A stretch of DNA of 64,000 nt from Pocillopora damicornis (lineage: Eukaryota): NCBI RefSeq assembly GCF_003704095.1, contig NW_020846475.1, forward strand, positions 558,001 to 622,000, given 5' to 3'. The notes beneath the pieces were generated by a model, which saw only the letters and a program-made list of their open reading frames with translations, did not search any database and was not told the DNA's origin. A program made the position numbers and the translations under genes. Positions 58,801-64,000 of the stretch are shown here, in pieces; within the stretch, counting starts at the first letter, position 1; each line of letters opens with the position of its first letter.

Positions 58801-61628
58801 AAAGAAAAACCCTTTCATGATTCTAACATGTGGCTTCATTGCCCAGTTGGCAGGCGNNNNNNNNNNNNNNNNNNNNNNNNNNNNNNNNNNNNNNNNNNNN
58901 NNNNNNNNNNNNNNNNNNNNNNNNNNNNNNNNNNNNNNNNNNNNNNNNNNNNNNNNATACTGAAGAACAGCAAGAGCACGTCGCTGTCGATAAGTTCAAA
59001 GAAATTCTCGGAAATTCTAACATGTGGTTTAACAGTAGGACTTTTCCTACCAGCGAGAGCGACGAAGATGCTTTTATAAAGTGTAGTGACTCAGAAAGTG
59101 CGGAGGAATTCTGCCCCAAGCGCTGGGAAGCTATGCAAAAATGGATGGAGAACACCAAAGACGTACGTTATGAAAAACCAATAAACTCCTCCCTGGCTAA
59201 AAGATATCCTATCTTTCTAACTCGGTATAAACCAGTACATCCGTTGGAACAAATTTATCCACTTTTGGTTCACGAGGCCAGTTTTTTCGTTATGAGATTT
59301 TTCGACTTGCGCCTTTTTCCAACTATGTCAAGGGTAAAAAGTTAAAATTTCAAACTTGAATCCTCAGAATTACCTGATCATTATTCATATTTCGGAAAGA
59401 AATCTGTTAAACAAGGAATGCTATTGTCCCACGCTCGTGTAGGGTTTGTGCGAGCAGGCTAATCGAAATGTGATCACCACAACAAAGCGTGAATGGGCAA
59501 CATGGCTCATCAAAAAGTCGTGGCCACTTAGCTTAAGTAACCATAAATGAGCTGGGCCCAGTTGTATAAAGGCCGGATAATGCTATATATCCAACGGATA
59601 AATCACTATACAGCGGATAAGTGATGGCAAAACGTGTAGCGTCATCCATCGGATAGAGATTTATCATGGCTGTGGATAGCGTTATCTGATCTTCGAACAA
59701 CCAGGGCCTGGAATAGATTCTAGGGTATGCTGTAGACCTGTAACTGCCTTTATATTGCAGACCATGACGAACCACATCACACCAGTCCTCGCAGCCAACT
59801 TTCACAGCAGTGGGCCCAAGAAAACTATTCCTGTTTGTGGGGTAGACCTTTATGCATCGTTCCAGCCTTATGCTAGTTATCATTCTTACGGTATAGGAGC
59901 AAAGGACTGCTCATATAAAGGAAGCCAGGCGCTACCGTTTTTTATGGACCGATTTGGCCCAAAATGGACGGAATATACCACCACAGCTCATGAGCAAATG
60001 CCCGGGCATCATTTGGAGGTTAGTGACTTTCGTTGAATCTTGACGGTGTTATGTTTAACTTTGTTTGGTAAATAGTTAGGCAAATCCCAAGAAGCATCGA
60101 AACACCAGTGCTGGTGAAATTAGAAGACAGAGGAGAGAAATGAGATTGAAAACCCATGTTCAGCTGTTTCCTCTTTCTGAGGCCTTTACACCGTGACTAT
60201 AGCTAGAAAGACGCTTCTCGGGTTTACACAACAAGGGAACTTTGATAGTTGCACTTATTAAGGTGGCTTACTCTTACTTGTAATGATGCGAAGTAAACTA
60301 CGGTCATCAGACCAATTGGTTAGTAAAAGAAAGTTAAGCGCATATTGGGCTAGGTTGTTAGCCGCTGTTCGGGAATATGAGCCCGCGCTAATGTTACACT
60401 ATTTACCTTTGCAGGTTCAGAGTTACACGGAATATTTTCAGGACAGTTGCAAAGATCCCATTCACTGGTTGGGAGCCTACAATTATTTTCCAGGGTTTAC
60501 CGAAGGCTGGACGACTTACACTGAGTACCAACTGCTGCCTCAAGACACGAACCTTTACTCAGACACTTCCAACAAGGAGGTGTTGCTACAGAAATACGGC
60601 ATGATCTACTACCAGGTAATTATGTGCAAACGAAACAAGGGGCTGTAAAGCGAGGTGCTGCAAAAATCGATGTCATTTTGTAAAGCCAACTAATATGTGT
60701 AAACGTTCAGATCAATCGTTGATATTTCGTGTAAGTACACGAGGGACGAGAAAGACGAGGTACCTGTTAGCTTTTTTTCTAGGTTCGCATTAAGGCTGAA
60801 GTAAATTGTGAGAAGGAGAGACCAATGGGATAGGAGTTTCACCTGCAAAGGTTGATTGTCATTCGGACACAGACATATGCATAAGATCGACCACACAAGC
60901 CAACGTATAGCCTATTCCAAGCTTGCAGCTAGTAAAACGGAGCGAAATAGAAAACAGCGACAGAGTGAAGAAGAGGGGGGTTCGGGCGACCCGACCCAGA
61001 CCTCCATCTTTTTTTCACTCCCTCGCTACTGGATCCTACTATCGCACCGTTTATTGTTACACTTCGTTTTACTAACTGAAAGCCCGGAACAGGTTAGCTA
61101 ACGGAATAACACTTGGATCATCATTTTATTTGTCGTTTACGATAGCTTCCAATTAAAATGTTAGTGATTCTACACCTCTCTGCACCGAATGATTGGCAAA
61201 GTCTCGTTAGGTCGCTACAATTTTTACTTGTTATTAATAAAATACTTTGTTGTTTTATTGCACAGCTCTTAGCCGCTCTGCGCGCTGTTGTAGACATTGA
61301 CCTAAACTATTATCAGAAGTCAGCATTCGATGCCCTCCGTATGTACAAACAGTATGTCTGGGAGGACAACACGGACCAGGCAAAGAAAGATATCATAAGG
61401 TCAGAAGGTTTGCCGGGACAGGTAGCCAGCTACGTGTCTGGTCAACTGGAAATCTCTCGCCTCAGGAGTTTAGCCGAGAGGGAGCTGGGTCAAGATTTCG
61501 ATCTGAAGGATTTTCATTACGAGGTATTACGTCAGGGGGAGATACCGTTGAGATACTTGGATGAACACATAAAAGCTTATATCGCCTGTAAGAAAAACCC
61601 GTCTCTCGAGGAATGTGGAGAATTTTAA
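55899..61628 (+). CDS. DUF885-family secreted putative metallopeptidase, copy B (exon 4 hidden in a gap)
   Basis: Exons 55899-55965 (signal peptide), 57336-57971, 58380-58548, [gap], to 59162, 59761-60018, 60415-60615, 61266-61628. Visible intron positions and phases match copy A. Motifs TAHEQMPGHHLE, FTEGWTTYTE, PGQVASYVSGQLEISRLR..AERELGQDFDLKDFHYEVLRQGEIPL. Confidence 0.88.
56917..57228. repeat. Long near-perfect inverted repeat (144-bp arms, 24-nt spacer)
   Basis: Arm 56917-57060 is the reverse complement of 57085-57228, with 4 mismatches counted by eye. Confidence 0.95.
58660..58856 (-). mobile_element. tRNA-derived SINE-like repeat running into the gap
   Basis: Minus strand GTAGCTCAGTTGTAGAAG...GGGCTCAAATCCCG (A/B-box-like). 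A related degenerate copy lies at ~42510-42650. Confidence 0.5.
58857..58956. other. Assembly gap (100 N) hiding DUF885-B exon 4 and the start of exon 5
   Basis: Run of N; the corresponding exon is present in copy A. Confidence 0.95.
59555..59708. mobile_element. Harbinger-like MITE with internal GGATA repeats
   Basis: Ends GGCCCAGTTGT / ACAACCAGGGCC; sibling at 39553. Confidence 0.65.
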
Positions 61629-63134
61629 AATGAATGAGAATGAAAGCTGTGCTAATGTTAAATGAAAATAAAGGAGAGAGAAAATATAAAGTTGTCTGAG
61701 AAATTGTTAGAAAGATCGACCGAGTGAGTGTTCCAGTAATCAAGCTGAGTAAACATCCAGTCAGGCAATAAGGCAGGTTTTCTACGTACAGAAATTAGAC
61801 CTTTAGCGAGCGAAATTGCAATAACTTACTGACTGTTTCGAGTTTAGAGTGACATAACTCAAAAATATTGGTTGGCAAAAAATGCCAATACGAATACGGC
61901 GAATAGTTCTTTTTCGACAAAGCACATGGCCGATGTCCCGGATGTTGACGTCGAAATATAGGCTTCACACATGCACTTATCAAAATAACTTATACGTATA
62001 ATCCACGATTATTGAAATTATTCAAACCCGTTCCACCCTCAACCCTCCCCCTTAGCTCAGGTTTATGCCCTTTTTGCTATGATGTGCTCTGTAATTCGCG
62101 ATGATAAAAAATGTTAGACCCTCTTCCTCCCTCTTTCTTTGCTCAGTTCTGCGTCTGTTATCCTGTGATGAAGTCTAATGTATTATACTATTGTTAGTAT
62201 CATGGAATTAGTGACAGAAGACTTCACGCTGCTGAAAGGACTTTTTTTCGGGTTGTGGCATAACAATATTTGTTTCCAATGTTGCCAGGATGGTATCGTT
62301 TTATTTAAGTAAACAAACCCACGCGCGCATACGTCGGAGTATTACGTGGGAAGAACCTGTGATGACTGTGGTTTTCCGAGCTGAGAAGCGTAATAAAATG
62401 CCAAGGGGGTATTTTTAGACTGCCCATCCAGATGAAACAGAAACAGCTTTTATGCCAAATGTTTACATGGTCAGCCTGAGTAAGTTGGAACGACAAACTT
62501 TCATAGTAACAATAGCAATATGCTTGCATCACACCGATAAATATGCTTTTAACAACGCCAGGGATTAAGATGAGCCCATGTTGATTATTAACCGATGCCA
62601 AAATTGGTTGGAAATAAGACATATTGGTGTTCTTATTGTCCTGGGACAACATCAAAACGTTGAGTCAAAACTGCCTCGACGCCTTTTAAGCACGATTTTA
62701 TGTTTGGAAAAAATCTATCTATTTCTGATTTAGCACCTACCAAGATCGATGAACAAACTCATCCGCCTGATTTTGCGTTAACCAACACTGAATAATACTC
62801 TGCACCAGGATCAAGCTGTTGATCCAAATCTGATTGCCCTTCAGACCCACTTTGGGCTGAAATAGTATTCCACTGGAATAGCTGACATTGCCATTTTTTA
62901 AAAAATCTTTGATTCTGAAGGAGCACGTTTTTTTGGTCCCAAATTAGATAAAATGAGGAGGGAAGTTTCAACAATTTCCGTTTCACCTGCACTGAATGAC
63001 GCTTGAATGACGTCATGCGTTAATTTCCCAGAGAACTTCCTTTGTTGAAGTCTGTTCATGTCAATCCGACTTAATGAAATATGTCACCAAAAATATGAAA
63101 AACATGTTCTCAATTTTATATTGTCCTTTTAGTG

Positions 63135-63346
63135 TTAACCCTTTAACCCCCATAAGTGACCAAGACAGAATTTCTCCTCACAATATCAATACAATCTCAA
63201 GCAGACAAGTGATGGGAATAAAAAAATATATCAATTAGGAGATTAAAAGTTGATCCAATATCAAATTCTCCCAGCTAACATCACAAGAATTGTATGGCAG
63301 ATAGTAAGGAGTATTATTTATGAGATCTTGGGTGTTAAAGGGTTAT
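63135..63346. mobile_element. TTAA-type MITE, uninterrupted copy
   Basis: TTAACCCTTTAAC...GTTAAAGGGTTA; high similarity to 39804-40161 minus the nested insert. Confidence 0.8.
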
Positions 63347-64000
63347 GCATAAGTTTTTGACATCTTCGTCTATCGGTAGATGATGTTAGTCTTGAAGGAA
63401 CTTGTTAGTTTATTTAAAACCGCAGATTACGTAGGGAAGGGCCGATACGATCTATTAAATGCGAAAAATAATACAGTAACACACCAGTAATTCCCTGATT
63501 GAAGTTCTTTAAGGACTTGTTCCAAGACTTGACACTTGATTTAATATCAGGTGAACTCACGGGTCCGTGACAACGTCTAAACATTTAGATGTTCGTGAAT
63601 TACAAAGCAAAAATCGTTCATAGACATCATTAATCTTTTATGGGTAAAGATCAATCTACACCAGCCGAAAAAAATTGTGAAATGTTAAGATAATCGGTGA
63701 AATTTATACATGCCAAGCTCTAAGCAAGTACACCACCGTTAATTCAATGTAAAAGTTTGAAAGTAGAGTGGCTAATTTCCTTCTAGCTTATTTACTTCCG
63801 TACTTCTCTGTAAAATTATCGGAATTTAAAAGAAAAGCAACACGGTCGGACAAAAAAAACCTATCACTTATGCGTGAGAATCTTTGTTTGTATGCTGACG
63901 TGATGAATGTCACTCTTCAACGGAAGATCGACTTATAGTGACGTCACTTAAATGTTAAGCGTCAGACAACACAGTACAGAAAACAAAACAAACCTTACTG

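Noticed and set aside
58857-58956. Exon 4 loss in DUF885-B
   Set aside because: The missing exon coincides with an N gap of nominal length, so absence cannot be claimed.
49099-61628. Bacterial contamination as the source of the DUF885 genes
   Set aside because: Both have spliceosomal introns at shared positions, host MITEs/SINEs inside, and contiguity with RBBP4.

Overview
Eukaryotic, intron-rich, AT-rich DNA. The gene content and repeat families suggest an anthozoan cnidarian, probably a stony coral; this is an inference. There are three N gaps. Genes in order: (1) a two-exon small secreted protein with an unnamed Cys/Trp domain, 1133-3073 (+); (2) an intronless 288-aa orphan-like ORF, 5460-6326 (+); (3) androglobin ADGB, ~7189-29056 (-), more than 30 exons, with calpain-like domain and circularly permuted globin split by an IQ motif; (4) a CD73/NT5E-like ecto-5'-nucleotidase, 32301-37696 (+); (5) RBBP4/7 (CAF-1 p55), 38938-47894 (-); (6,7) two tandem, intron-containing, signal-peptide-bearing DUF885 predicted metallopeptidase genes, 49099-54465 and 55899-61628 (+). 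The first DUF885 copy carries a TGG>TGA stop. Introns hold many MITEs and tRNA-derived SINEs. Main findings: the animal DUF885 pair; an ADGB globin domain with distal His and CD1 Phe but no apparent proximal F8 His; three phase-compatible candidate ADGB first exons; a nucleotidase with an intact dimetal site but substituted substrate-binding Arg/Arg/Asp; and a 144-bp-arm intronic hairpin. Exon coordinates were read by eye and may be a few nt off. Comparisons with human proteins are from recall and need alignment.
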